From: Psammoneis japonica | Taxonomy: Eukaryota | Length of the DNA stretch: 64,000 nt | Direction: 5' to 3' | NCBI GenBank assembly: GCA_008632985.1 | Contig: QPGO01000012.1 | Coordinates: 1 to 64,000 of the forward strand | In this document: positions 38,215 to 50,935 of the stretch, in pieces | Position numbering within the stretch: the stretch's first letter is position 1 | How the letters are laid out: every line of letters starts with the position of its first letter | Position numbers and translations under genes: made by a program | The notes under the pieces: generated by a model | Seen by the model: only the letters and a program-made list of their open reading frames with translations | What the model was told of the DNA's origin: nothing | Database searches by the model: none

Positions 38215-39400
38215 ATGACAACGAAAGCCAAGAACGACCTTCACGTTGAACCTGAAACACATCTCTCTTCCGTTGGTGGACCTTCTCCAACTTCAAGTAG
38301 GGACAATCCATCTCCTCCATCGGTCGCCTTATTGTCCATCCAGTCGTCCTCGTCAGCATCGGAGACCGACGTCCAGTGTTTGACTCCTAGAAATCAACCA
38401 ATCATGACTCCAGGTCTTCGCGAAGAGAAAGCTAAGGAATTTGTTCACGAAATTGGATTGCAGTGGTTGGACTGCACCGAGAAGCAGCGAATCCGAGCAA
38501 AGAAAATTCAGTCGCCGGACTTCACGTGGAGCCCAACGAAAGGCGATGCTGGGGAAACCAGTCGCTACACGACCACGTTTGAGGTGGAGTGGGAGCAGTT
38601 TATAGGTGATCTTTCAGAGCCTCACCGAGCGGCATTATCGACGTTTGATCATGTCTTCTTCGACAAGCCAGCCACGAAAAACTACATGGCGATCCGAAAG
38701 CAGCTGAGTGGCATCTGTTCCGCCCACGCTAGTGTCCTTTTCCAGCACTATGTTGAGAGCTGTCGCAGAGGTTCCCAGGAAGAGAACCACAAGATGCTCG
38801 ACATTTCAACTTTTATTCGGAAGGATGTCCCTGTGCAGATCCAGAAGCGATACATTACGGAGGGTGTCACCGGATATAACTCTTTTGAACTGTTCAACTC
38901 TTTACTGGGACGAAGGATGACCAGTATTTACAGCTTAAACCATGCAAAAATCCTGGGACGAGGATCTTCATAGTATGGCTATCAAAGCACTCTTCGATGC
39001 ATATGTCACGAAAAAAGAACCCGGCCTCATTTCCTACTTTAAGGTTGGCGGCGAGTTTTCTAAGAATGCTATCCTTGAAGGCCCCCTTGATGAAGAGAGG
39101 TACAAGCAAATCGTCGTAGACAGAGGCGGCAAAGCAAACATCCACTCCATGATCATGATCGGGGCTTATCATTCGGACAATGATGATCGCTATTGGTTTC
39201 TGCTTCAAAACACTCACCAGGGTGATTTTTTCAAGATTGTTGATGGGGAACATTTGGCATCATGTGATGCCACTGTAAGTTTTGCTGGAAAGCATGTCGA
39301 TATGTCATTGAAAGGCGACTACAATGTTGTCATTGGTGAGTACTCCGAGGCAGCATTTGACATGGAAGAGTGCGCGGCGAAGTTTGAGGCAGAAGGGTAA
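38215..39400 (+). CDS. Papain-like (C1-fold) cysteine-peptidase-like protein, frameshifted near 38900-38950
   Basis: Q-x-S-G-x-C (RKQLSGICSAHA), His motif HSMIMIG and FLLQN in papain order across ORFs 38140..38973 and 38942..39400. Confidence 0.55.
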
Positions 39401-39584
39401 TACGGGAGCCTCTAGGGCTACAGTATTGTCAGTTGACCATGTCATCTGCATTGGGCTGCCGCAGGGCTTCCTGCAAAATAGCATGTAGAGAGGCTCTGAA
39501 ATGATTTAGTGCTGTTATTGTTTTTCAATTGTTGTGCACACATTCTATATGTTGTTTTGTTTATGCCGGTTGGAATGAAACGAC

Positions 39585-39880
39585 AGGCCTGGTTGGGTTG
39601 GTAGAAATCGGCCGTCTTCAAGCTGTTGGATCTTGACGCCCAGAAAGGTGCCCACTTCACCATCACATGGGTCAAAGACACGGTGTTGCTCATCATTGGA
39701 GACACCCAATTTGGCAATCTCTGCTTCCAGTTCTTGAGAAGATTGACCAGCAAAAACAGCATCATCAACACCACTGCGAGCCACGTGCCCTTGGTGAAAT
39801 GAAGACAAGGGTCTACATCCGACCATGCTTGAGCAGTCCATTGTGCAGATTTTCACAGAAGCACTTTTGAGACCATCAGA
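39585..39880 (-). mobile_element. Copia reverse-transcriptase fragment
   Basis: VDDAVFAG...GEVGTFLGVKIQQLEDGRFLPTQPGL. Confidence 0.75.
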
Positions 39881-42465
39881 GTCCATGCAGCAGCACCAAA
39901 TTGGCATCTGAGTTTGGCTGGGAAAACCATTTGGTGGCCCCGGCTCCCACACACGCTGCTTTCTCCTTGACATCAGCTTGACAGAAGCTGGCTGCACAGG
40001 AAAGGACAAGGTGTGTAGATGACCATGCCACATCACTTGTTCTCAACAACATGGAACATTTTGACCCATCTTTTGAGAAGCCACCGTTGTTTCATTGCCA
40101 TGCCACCATGGCACGTTTGTTTGTGAGTGTGCCCCAACAGACACACATGCACACTGACAAGGCAAATGTGCTTCACTTTGTTCAGCACAGATCCCACTTG
40201 TCTGCCTCACACATTTTATCATGATTTCCATGCAAGCACCCACACAGAATGTCCATGGTGGGGTGAGCTCTGTCAGCTCTGTGCTGACTCCATTGGAGCT
40301 GTGGGGCTGCTGGCAGAAATCTCTTGGAAAGCAGGGCAAGCATCCAATGGCGACATGCCATGAGCAAACTTGGGCACACCGTCAATGTGCTCATGGGCAT
40401 TGTGCATGTGATGATTGCTTGAGTGGCCAAGCAGTGGTGCCAAAGCAAATGCTCAGGACAGGGGGACCTTCTTCTCAAGGTTTGATTCAAATTGAATGTC
40501 TTGATGTGCTCCTGGAATCACTTCATTTCTCCCTTGAGAGTCCTGGACAGAAACCTTCTTCTCAAGGTAAACTTCAAATGGAATGTCTTGATGTGCTCAT
40601 TGAATTGTCTTCATTTCTTCCATGAGAGCCTTCTTTTTCTCTCCTTGTGGGCGTCAATCATGCGTGCAATGATGGTGTCACACTCCTTCTTGGCAAAGAC
40701 AGGGTTGCTCTTGTCCTTCCTTGAGCTCCTCAGTCAACTCATCAAGCAGTGTTGTGTCCAACTCTAGAGCTGTCAAAGGGTGGGTAGAGCACTTTCCATT
40801 GATCAATCGGCTGTGGAAATGATGACCACATCTTGACTGGAGTGAAGTCAATGGAGTCCACTGGCCACTGCTTCCTTGCAGAAAGCCAGATGCACTTGAA
40901 AAAGAATCTGCTTCAAGGCGTTGCAGCTCATGTCACCATGACAAACAGCAACACCATGGTGCAGATGACTGTTCTTTGGGAACACATCTGAAAATGAGAG
41001 CAACTTGCACAAGGCATGAGACAACTCAATGCAATGAACATGTGTGCATCTGGTGGGTCACAAGCAGAGTGGTTTCCAACTACAAAGCCCCATTCACAGC
41101 CACCATGGCTTGCTTGAAACACCACAACATGTGTGTGCACAGCAACCACAGTCAGTGGCATGTCACTGGAAATTGAGGCACCAGCCATTGGCAGATGCCA
41201 TGCAGAGAGTCATCATGGCATGGACTCTTAGTTCATGAAGCAAAGCTTTGCAATTCAGAGCCAGGTTCACAACAAAGAGGGAACCATCAGCTGAGAAAAG
41301 GTGGTCAGAGCTGTCCATGTGACACACACATGTGTGGAAGCACTTGAAAAGCAACTTCTGGAGGACCACTTTGTGAGGTGCTTTTCAATCAAAACATGCA
41401 CACACATCCTTTGGCAGAGCATCTGGGTTGAACATGCATTTGGATGACAGTGATGTTGAGGAATGTGCTCTTGCACAGCAGCACGGTTGTCATTCAGGGC
41501 ATCAATCAAATCAAAGATGTCAAGAGAGCCTAGAGCAATGGGCAATGCTGGCAGAGTCTTTGGGGCACATTGTGGTGCTGGATGTGCAGTGTCAAAAAAG
41601 ATGCTCCAGTTTCCAAACACATGTTGTGTGAATGGCAAGGGAGAAGTGGGCATGCAAAAATGTGCCAACAACAATGATCACCTTAGAGACTGGTGAGCAT
41701 GGAGAGCACCCTTGATTGTTTCATGGTGGTGACATGGACAACCTTGCAGAAGAGCAGAAGTGTGAACAGTGGTGCATTGGCAGGGTCAACAGTTTCCATC
41801 AGAATTATGAGCTCATTGAGGACACACTCCTGCAGCAAGTCCACAGTGTTGTCCTTGTCCTTTGCACGCTTTGAGCTGTCAGAAATCTGTCCCAATCAAC
41901 GACATTTTGCCACAAAGGTCATTGAAGGTTTTTTCAACTTCATGGTTGCAAGAGCACCAGCCAAAGACAACACAGAAATCTTCTCGAGGGTGTCAAAAAC
42001 AGGCTTCTGTTGGGGGTCAAATGCAACATGATGGCAGGTGCACAAATTTTTTGTCATGAACAAACAAAAGTGCAGCCCTGTTCTGCAGGACATGTCATGC
42101 ACAAATGAAAAACACTTTCAGGGCAAAAAATGCAGCAGCACAGGAGCCTTGCTTGGCTCTCACAAACCCCAAAAGCAAGCTGCAAGAATGGCTGCTGTTG
42201 AGCCAACAGCTCCAACAAATGTGGGGCTGACGTGGTTTGATTTGATTGACAGACACACAAACAAAAAAAGTCAGATTGGTCTATTGCTGGATGATGGATG
42301 ACCCTTGACTGAGCTGCAATGCTGTAAAAAAACCACTCTAGTTTTGTTTTGTCAACTCATCTTGTTTGCCATTTTGGTGAGCAGGAAAACATCCAGCCAG
42401 CAGAATGCTTCATCTCATCTCTTCCTGGTGAACAGTGTGAATGGCACAAAGATGTGGCAAAGACA

Positions 42466-42657
42466 TGTGACAAAAGGAATGAACAGTGATGTGGCACACG
42501 GTTCATGCTGCAATGCCCTTGCTTCATCTTAGAACAGTGCATCAACCACACGCGCTTGTTTGCGCAACCATTGCCAAAGACCACAGCCCAATCAGGCCTG
42601 TGGACCTGTCACCGGCAATGCCAGCAATGGCCCTGCCACCGTTGCGCTGCCAAGACA
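42466..42657 (-). repeat. 3' LTR (fully converted)
   Basis: Aligns to 49092-49284; both end ...gcgctgccaagaca. The left boundary is approximate. Confidence 0.8.
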
Positions 42658-45600
42658 GACCTCTACACCAGGGGTTGCTTGGTCCCCGTGAATCAACACA
42701 CCTGTTTTGATTTGTCCTCTTGAAACATCCTCTCACAGAGAGGTGAAACACAAACCCAATTTGCCACCAGCCAGTCTGGCTCATGGGAGGTTGCAGAGCG
42801 TGAACGCAAGTCACAGGCCCAAACCTTGGTGAGTGAGACTCACCATCACCAAAACAAAAATGAGCACAACTGCCAGCACTTTGCACCTGTCACAAGCTTT
42901 GTCAATGGATCCACCAGATTTGTCTCTGCACATCTTCCTTTCCTGCTCTCATGATTCCAGCTGCAGCTGCTTCCCTTGCCACATGACAGTCAATCACATT
43001 GTGCTTCTTGGTGCAGTGTAGATTCTGGGATGCTGACATTCTTCACCATCCCGCAATTGTCACAAAACACATTGGCTGGTCCATCAATCAGCACTCCAAA
43101 CATTTGCAACTTGCAACGCAAAGCAACAATCATGTCCCCACAGATCCGCGTGGCAACCAACTCACTGCCAAACATGGAAAATTCAACCACATTTTGCCAC
43201 TTGCCAAACCACACAACGAGGAATTATTCACAAAGAGAATGACACCTGAATGCAACCTGCAGGGAACAACATTCCCAGCATGATTCACATCAACAAAAGC
43301 ACGCACAGTTGCCGGGTTTCCACGTGGCTTGAGCATCCTTGGTGGCAACTCTCCTTGACATCTCCACAGAATTTGGTCCAGTCTGCCACAGTGTTGAACG
43401 CTGTGAATCATCAATCTCAGGATTCTTGGGGTCAAAGCCAATCCTCCCCATGCTCAGATGCTTCTTCACATGTGCAAACACATGACACAAGGCTTCCGAA
43501 TGACCCTTCCTTGGATTGCCTGATGTTGAGAAAGAAAAGACACTTCAAACAATGCATCAATGCAACCCAACTCTGTCGCCCACCTTGCAATGCTGTGAGC
43601 TGCAAATGCTGAGACATCAACTCGGGACCCAACTCATCAGTCACGTCCAGCTTGGGCTTGCAGTTCAATGGAAATGGATCTTTTACATTGTTCTTCAGGA
43701 CTGCACCATCCCATCCTCACTCAGCAAGTCTTCAATGGTCTTAATTGCATTCTTGACACAGTCTCTTGGTGAGCTGCCTCAGATCATCTGGCCATTTGCA
43801 TCTGGATCTTCTCTGTCATTGCTCCCAGGCAAGTCTTTGGCTCACCTTTGCTTCCAGATTTAACTTGCAGCATTCAGCAACAGATTCAACAACTGACTTG
43901 CCTTGGTGTGACATCATCAATGCATCGTCAACACAGACCAGTGACATCTTGCAGCACTCAAATCCATCCTCACGACTGCTGCTCTCAAGCACACATCAGG
44001 GTCTGCTCGCTTGGTTCAAAACATCTTGCAAAGCAGAAGAAAATGTCAATCACCATGAAAACCCTGCACTCTTCAATCCACAAGTGCTCATGCAACAATC
44101 AATGTGCACCCTTTGAACTTGCCACACTCGGCTCCACCTTCAAACCAAATCTTCTCAGCACACGGTGCATTCAAGCAAGCATTTTCCAAGTGATCACAGC
44201 AATGTCCACACCATTCAAGGCTGCCAACATAAAAGCAATTCACACACTGTCCCTTGAAACAACACTTGAGTGCGCAATCAATTCCAGTGTTTTGTGGCAT
44301 GACCTCCGACTGCAAACCTTGCTTTGCACGCAAATTCATCTTGACGTCAAATGTCATGTGGCGCTGCATCTCCTGGTGTCCACGCAGCTTCTGATTCTTT
44401 CCTTCTCAAACTTGTTGCGGAGTCTCTCCTTCATGCTTTTCCCAAGCCACTTTGATCTCAGTCATTTCCTTGTTGATTGCTCTGGCCCAATGATCAGTCC
44501 CTGCTTCATGGTCAATCTGCAGCACCTCATCCACATTCTTTGGCAACTTTGCACCAAACTCATGTGCAGTCCTCCAACACTTCAACTTGGCCTTGGACAC
44601 AATCCTGTTCGTTTCCATGACACATGAGGTGCCCACCAGGCAAATGCCAGCTCATCAGCAATTCAATGAGCCACTGCGCACTCAGCCACTTCTGTTGGGT
44701 TAGAGTCTTTGATGTCCTTCAACTTGACCCAGTCAGAACTGCCATCCTTCCATGCTGTCAGCAATTCCCAACCTTCTGTCATGACTTTCTTCTTGTTCTG
44801 ACCTCCTGCGGTTGCAACTGTGCCATCTTCCCATGAAATTGCATCCTGATTCCTCCTGTGATCCTGAATCTCATGTGAGATGGAGAGCTGATGACCCTCG
44901 TTGTCAACCTGAGCAAATGTGTTTTTAGCTGTGACATTTGCAGTGTGCTTGTCTGTTGTTCCATCAGTGCATTCAATTTCATGCTCCCGCATGTCAAACA
45001 ATGGGTCCTGGTGTTGGCTGCCAATCGGCTTGCCGCCATGGCCTCTTGCTTGTTTCACAACTGCACCATGCCTTTCACCTTTTGTGCCAACATCCAAAAT
45101 CAATTCCATGCCAAGACATTGGTCTGTCACTTCCTCATCATTGTCGTCAGGTTGTTTGCCATCGAGCAGCATGTTGCCACATTCCTCATTGTCTGGGGTC
45201 ATGCCTCCTTGACATTGCACTGCATTGTCCCCTTCAATTGCATGGTCACATAAAAACAAAATGCTGGCACTACCTTGTCACCTTCAAGCACAAAGTTTGC
45301 ATCATCAAGATGCCTCGTCAAAGCTTCATCAAACCTGTCAATTTGTGCCTCTTCTCCAATTTGACACAATCGGCCTGCACAACATGCTCCACTGAGGTCT
45401 TGGGTGCCAATTTGCTGGTCTCAGCTGTTGTCCAATGGCACACATCTGATCCAACCTTGTGGGATGTTCCAAGCCACCTGCTGAGTTGTCTTGGATCTTT
45501 GGTCATTGGTCACACTTGGCTTTGAATCCGGTTGATCCCACCACCAGACCAAATCATAAAATCCAAAGTCAAGACACTCTCGATTTCTGGCATTTGTCCT

Positions 45601-48600
45601 GTTGCCTCTTCACTCCCAGTTCGTTGGTCCCAACCTTGCGCCATCCTTGATGACAGTTCAGCCTCATATGCAAGACCAAAATCCCATGCCACTTCAGAGC
45701 ATTCTTCTTGGCATTGCAATCTCCAATGCTTGGCCAAGAAACCCATCTCCCTCTCTGCTGCTTGGTTTTGGTTCTTCCACCTTGCTTTGAGTTTCTGAGT
45801 TGCACACGCACGCGCCTTGCATGTTTCACAAAATCCACATTCTTGCCAGTGAATTCTCCTGCGCCGTCCATCAACAAGATCTCTGGTGCTCCAATGTCAT
45901 CTGCAAACTCAACCAATGATTGTCCAGCCTCAGACCTGGCCGTCATTGGGTTGCCTTCATGAACTTTCCCTGAGTGTGAACATTTTCACAAGTGTCACCC
46001 AGTGTTGATTTAACCTTTGAAATGAGGGTGTCTGCAAACCATGTTCCTTTCAGTCTCTTTTGATGTGAGTCCAAGTGGTCCACCCGAACATGCCTCGACA
46101 GTGGTTGCATTGCCGTTCTGACACCTTGCTGGGTTGCAACATTGAGAGCATCCTTTGCCGCATCTGGACCAACACTCCACTTCCTTGCCAGTTCTTCTGC
46201 CGTTATCTTGGAGCGCCTGTCCTCAGTGCAAAGTTCCACCACCTTCTGCTCCAGCTTGTCAACATCCTCTCTGTGGGTGCATGCAATTTTTGCAGATGCA
46301 ATCACACGATCACAAAAGGTTTGGAGGTGATGAATTGGGGATGTGCTTGCCACAGTCTGTTCAACCTCTCCCCATTGGACCACCACAGACTTTGCTTGTT
46401 CGGCCTTCAACTCAGACACTTCAGACTTTTGCATGTGTGATGTCAGTGACCTGACGGTGTGCATCTCTTGTTGTTCACGAGTCTCATTTGGAAATCCCAC
46501 ATCAAACCTCTGATGGATTCCAAGTGTCTCCCATGAGCTCAATCACTGGCAGATTCTCTTGCTCCCATCTGCAGGTGCACAAGACTCAAAAGATGCAACT
46601 CTCCCCATGCATGAAAAGGGATGAAAGATTCTTCTGTTGAAATGCCAAAATTGTCTTGAGGATTGTGGGTCATCATTGACCGAGACGTTGCAGGCTTGCA
46701 ACTGATTCTGATTGATCAGGGAATGTTCCATTGTTTCACCAAACCATGAAATTTGATCGCCAACAAGGAGGCATTCATTTGTTGTTGGGATCTGTCCAAA
46801 CAGCAGAACAGCATGCAACTGGAACTTGTTTGACCAGATCATGCAATTTTGAGAAATGGCTTGCTTCACATGCTTCATTGGTCAATTCCATTGGTCTCCA
46901 ATTTGCTCCTGCACAACAAGTGTCTGCATGGGGTGTCGCATTCGTTTTGGGACATGTGACCAGGAACCACATCATTTGCAATGGGCACAGCATTGACGGA
47001 CTGCACTGACCTGGTGGAGGTCACCAAAATCCTGCAGGAACTCTTCGATGCATTGTTTGGATGGGGTGCAGATGGCACAAGTGGCAAGAGCAAAGACAAA
47101 GCAATCACATTTGCACAACATGCGGACATTGCCAACAATGCTGTCACCCCAAACCATCAAGTGCGTGTGTGAGCACCATGACCAAATCCTGCCCCATGCT
47201 TGCCACCTTTCTCATTCTTGCAACCATGTCCACATCCCCCACCTGAGGGCTGAGTCTGCTGTTGTTGTGACGATTCTTCCAAACCTTGACTTACGGCTGA
47301 TGCTTGCCTTCCTGCAGGGCCACCACGCCCTTGTTGACCATGACCTCCATGTCCAGCCATGCACTCACGAGCTTGCAAGACACATGCATGTCCACCACCA
47401 AACTCATGAGGGGGATCTGACACATCCACGCTGTTGATCATGTTGCCGCATCCACCAAAGCATCCCCTGCCTTAGCCTCTTTCATTCCTGCCTTGACCGC
47501 CATGCAGCCCTTGGCCAAAACCTCTGGCAAAGCCCCTTCCAGGATTGCCATCATGAGACATCTCTGAGATCTTATGCTTCGAACAACACTGGGCCTCCAA
47601 CTGTGCTGCGCCATGCAAATGAGAAACTTCTGCAGAAAAGAATGCACAAGCACCAGTGAAGTCACGGGGAAACTGCTGGCTGGTCACAGGGGTGCAAGCT
47701 TGTGGCCTGACATCATTGGTCTTAATTCCATACAAGAGAATGTCAACTTTCTGCCTGTTGGTCTTCCGTTTGTCCTCGTCTTTGTCCAGGGTTGCAAACG
47801 CACTGGTGAGTTTTGCCGTGCAATGCTCAAAGGGCAAGCACCACTCATTTCTTGTGGTGCAACATCCGGTGTTTGCTGATGCTAACTGCGTGCACTTGCT
47901 GAGCTCTCCTTGTCCATTGCAATGGTTTGCCCATGCCCAGAATGCATCCCTTCCGTTTTCTGTGTTGTTGCATTGTTCAATCCAGGTCCATCCTTCTGCA
48001 CTCACAAGATGTCCCTTCAACAGATGACAAACAGTTTGATTGTCTGAGTTAAAAGCTGGTCTGTTGAAACTCAATTGGTGCACGCACTCTTCCACATTGT
48101 CAAAAGCTCAGCTGGGACTGCCACTGGCCTCACTGCATGCTGCAACGGTTCTTTCAGCACACCAATCTTCTGTGACAACAGATTCAAGAACGCATCTTCC
48201 ATGTGTTCCGACTTGAACGCCGGCAAGGAACTGACCGTCACATCTGATTTGACAACATCCTTTTCAGCGCGCTTCCTTTGGCAAGCTTCATTCAATGCTG
48301 CCCAACCAACTGTGTGACATCAAGCAACAGATTGTGCTTCTGATGATCATGAAGCCACCAAACCAAAGCTTGCAAGTTCTTAATCTGAGTGCCACCAAGC
48401 ACTGCCCTGCCATCATTGATGCTGCATCGACTGGCTCTGTTTGCCATTTCTTCCACATCCGAGTTGCTTTCCACAACTGCAACATGTTCCAGAGTCATGA
48501 ACCCATCATGGAAGACCAAACGAGCTCACACATTGGCATCAGCAATGCACATGTCTCCATTGCATTGTCCACATCTGCCGCCAGTGCCAGGGCTGCCAAA

Positions 48601-49091
48601 GCTTGAGCTGGCGCTGCTGCCATGCTTTCCTGCAACATGAAGACAACAGAACAATGTCCATGATGGATGCAGGAGGTGACTGTGAGACTCACACAATGGG
48701 TGTGGATGGGAGACTGAATGCCAGCAAGTGCTGTGGCAACAGGTCCACGCAGTCAACTGGCAATGAGAGGTCACCCCACGCCGTTTTGTCTGAATGAGCA
48801 CATGCTCTGGGCTTGCTGCCCCACACTGCTGTGTTCAACACCTGTTGCACATGTTGAAAACTGACACATTTGCAAGTGTGATGCTGTTTCAACTGCAGCA
48901 ATTCTCATGGTTCGCACTCGCATCATGTTTGTGTTGTTGCGCGACGTGCACATGCAGAACCCAGCACTCTTTCTGTGGCTGACACCGATGTGGTTCTGCA
49001 CAGTAACGAATGGCTGCGCATGTCATTTCGATTCACATCCATGTGATGATGGCAACGTTTTGCTCCAATGCTCAGTCGTGTGACATGGCTC

Positions 49092-49284
49092 TGGCAAAGC
49101 GAACAAATGGTGATGTGGTGCCACGGCTCATGCCGCAACACCCTCACACCTCATCTTAGATTAGCGCATCGACCACACGCACTTGTTCATACAACCATTA
49201 CTAAAGATTATAGCCCAATCAGGCCTGTGGACCTATTGCCGGTAACACCAGTGACAGCCCCACCACCGTTGCGCTGCCAAGACA
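49092..49284 (-). repeat. 5' LTR (partly unconverted)
   Basis: Aligns to 42466-42657; retains TA in its gene-proximal part. Confidence 0.8.
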
Positions 49285-49391
49285 GAAGGATTTAGGGCCC
49301 TGCTCGAAAAGAGAAGCATGTTCGTTTGCGGAAATTGATCACAAATAGGTTCCTATACTTTACGGCAAAAAAGAAGCCGCCGCAATCCGCA

Positions 49392-50760
49392 ATGGCAAAA
49401 AGTGAAACCATGTCGTTGGAACGACCCCCCGCAAAACGCCTCAAAACAGGCGAGACGGTGGCGGCTCCCTCGAGCTTTGTGACTTGGAATTGCAATGGCT
49501 TTGTTTCTCGCTGCAAATGGAACGTGGAGGAAATGAAAAAACTCGTTTCAGACACAGGCCATCCCGATGTCATTTGTTTGCAAGAAGTTCGTCTGAAAGC
49601 ATCTTCGCACAGCAGGGGCGAAGCGTTACAGTCAGAGCAAGATATTGTACGGGAAGTCATTGAGAAGACGGTTTTCAAGGACTATGACAAGTTCTGGTCC
49701 TTGTCAGACAAGCGTTATGCCGGAACGCTGACGCTGGTTCATAAACGGATTGGCTTTCACGGAAGAACAGCCTTTACACCGGCGGGTGCAATAAACTTAT
49801 TGATAGATCATTACAGCGTTACGAGACAAGAGATCGGGCTACCATCTGAGGAGAACAACGAAGTACCGCAAAAGAAACAAACGTCTCTCAAGTCGTTTTT
49901 CACGCCCAAGGTGTCTGCTCAGCCAACAGCAAGCAATGTGAGCAAGCAACACAACAGCGATGGTCGGTTTCAGTTCTTACAATTTGAAAGCATGGACTTG
50001 ATTCACACTTATGTTCCAAACAACGGAAGCAAGAGAGAATCGTATGTGCGTCGAAAGGAGTGGGACGATGAAATGAATAACTTGTTGGCAACTCGTCAAA
50101 AGATTCTGAATCACGCTCAGATTCACGATCGTCCGCTGTTGTGGCTGGGTGATATGAACTGCGCAAAGGTGAGTGTATCTAAAGTATAAGACAATGTCCG
50201 GACGTCTCGTGCTCAATATGTATTCTAATTTCTTGCCTGCGTTGAACTCTTTCAACAAGGATTACCGCGACGGAACGCATTGGCAAACGACAGCAGATGG
50301 CGGTATCTGTGAATGGTGGACGGACGAAAACAAGTGCCTGGTGGAGGCGCAAAGGAAAAAGCTTGACAAGAACCGCCACACGGACAACATTGGTATAGCC
50401 AGTTTTACGCCAGGCGAACGCCGTCGCTTTGCCGAATTGTTGGAGACCGGAAAGTTTGTGGATGTCTGGCGTGAAATGCACCCAAACGGAACCTCCGAAA
50501 ACAAAGCAAACGCCTGGGATGGGCCCGACTTTACGTGGCGAGGACACTTGTCAACTGGAAACTTCAAGAGTAAGTATGAGGGCAAGGGTCAACGAATTGA
50601 CTACTTTTTACTATCGCCGCCTTCCAAACTCTCGCAAGTGCAGTCATGCGATATTCTGGGGTACGGGGCTGACCGCCGAGGCCATTTTTGCGGGTCGGAT
50701 CACTGCGCTTCTGTCATGATCCTCAAGGATGCGTGCGGTAAGAGTAGATCTGATTCTTAG
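49392..50760 (+). CDS. Exonuclease III/APE-family AP endonuclease; intron 50169-50259
   Basis: TWNCNG, DVICLQEVR, YVPNNG, WLGDMNCA, RIDYFL and GSDHC; the GTGAGT...AAG intron is in phase. Confidence 0.92.
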
Positions 50761-50935
50761 AAAATCTGCCCTTGTAAGGATGCCTCCTTTCCCGCGACTG
50801 AGATGCCATGACGACGAGTGCGGCTCTAAGGATAGAGATTGATTTCATTCTTGCAGTTGCTTTCAGCAGTTCGTTTTCGCAAGTAAACGCAGTTTGCATT
50901 CGCGTACGCTAGATATGCACATTCAAAGGAGGCGC

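Larger units (their letters stand above)
42466..49284 (-). mobile_element. Full-length but degenerate Ty1/Copia (CoDi-like) LTR retrotransposon
   Basis: Order gag (48600-47440), protease (HADTCCAG), integrase (WFADT...DGAGEF), WKDGSSDW region, RT (ALCGLKS, CVDD), RNase H (FGSELVA, FCDN); paired LTRs. Confidence 0.92.

Noticed and set aside
49392..50760. AP endonuclease as the mutator machinery
   Set aside because: It is an ordinary repair gene, and adjacency is not evidence in a eukaryote.
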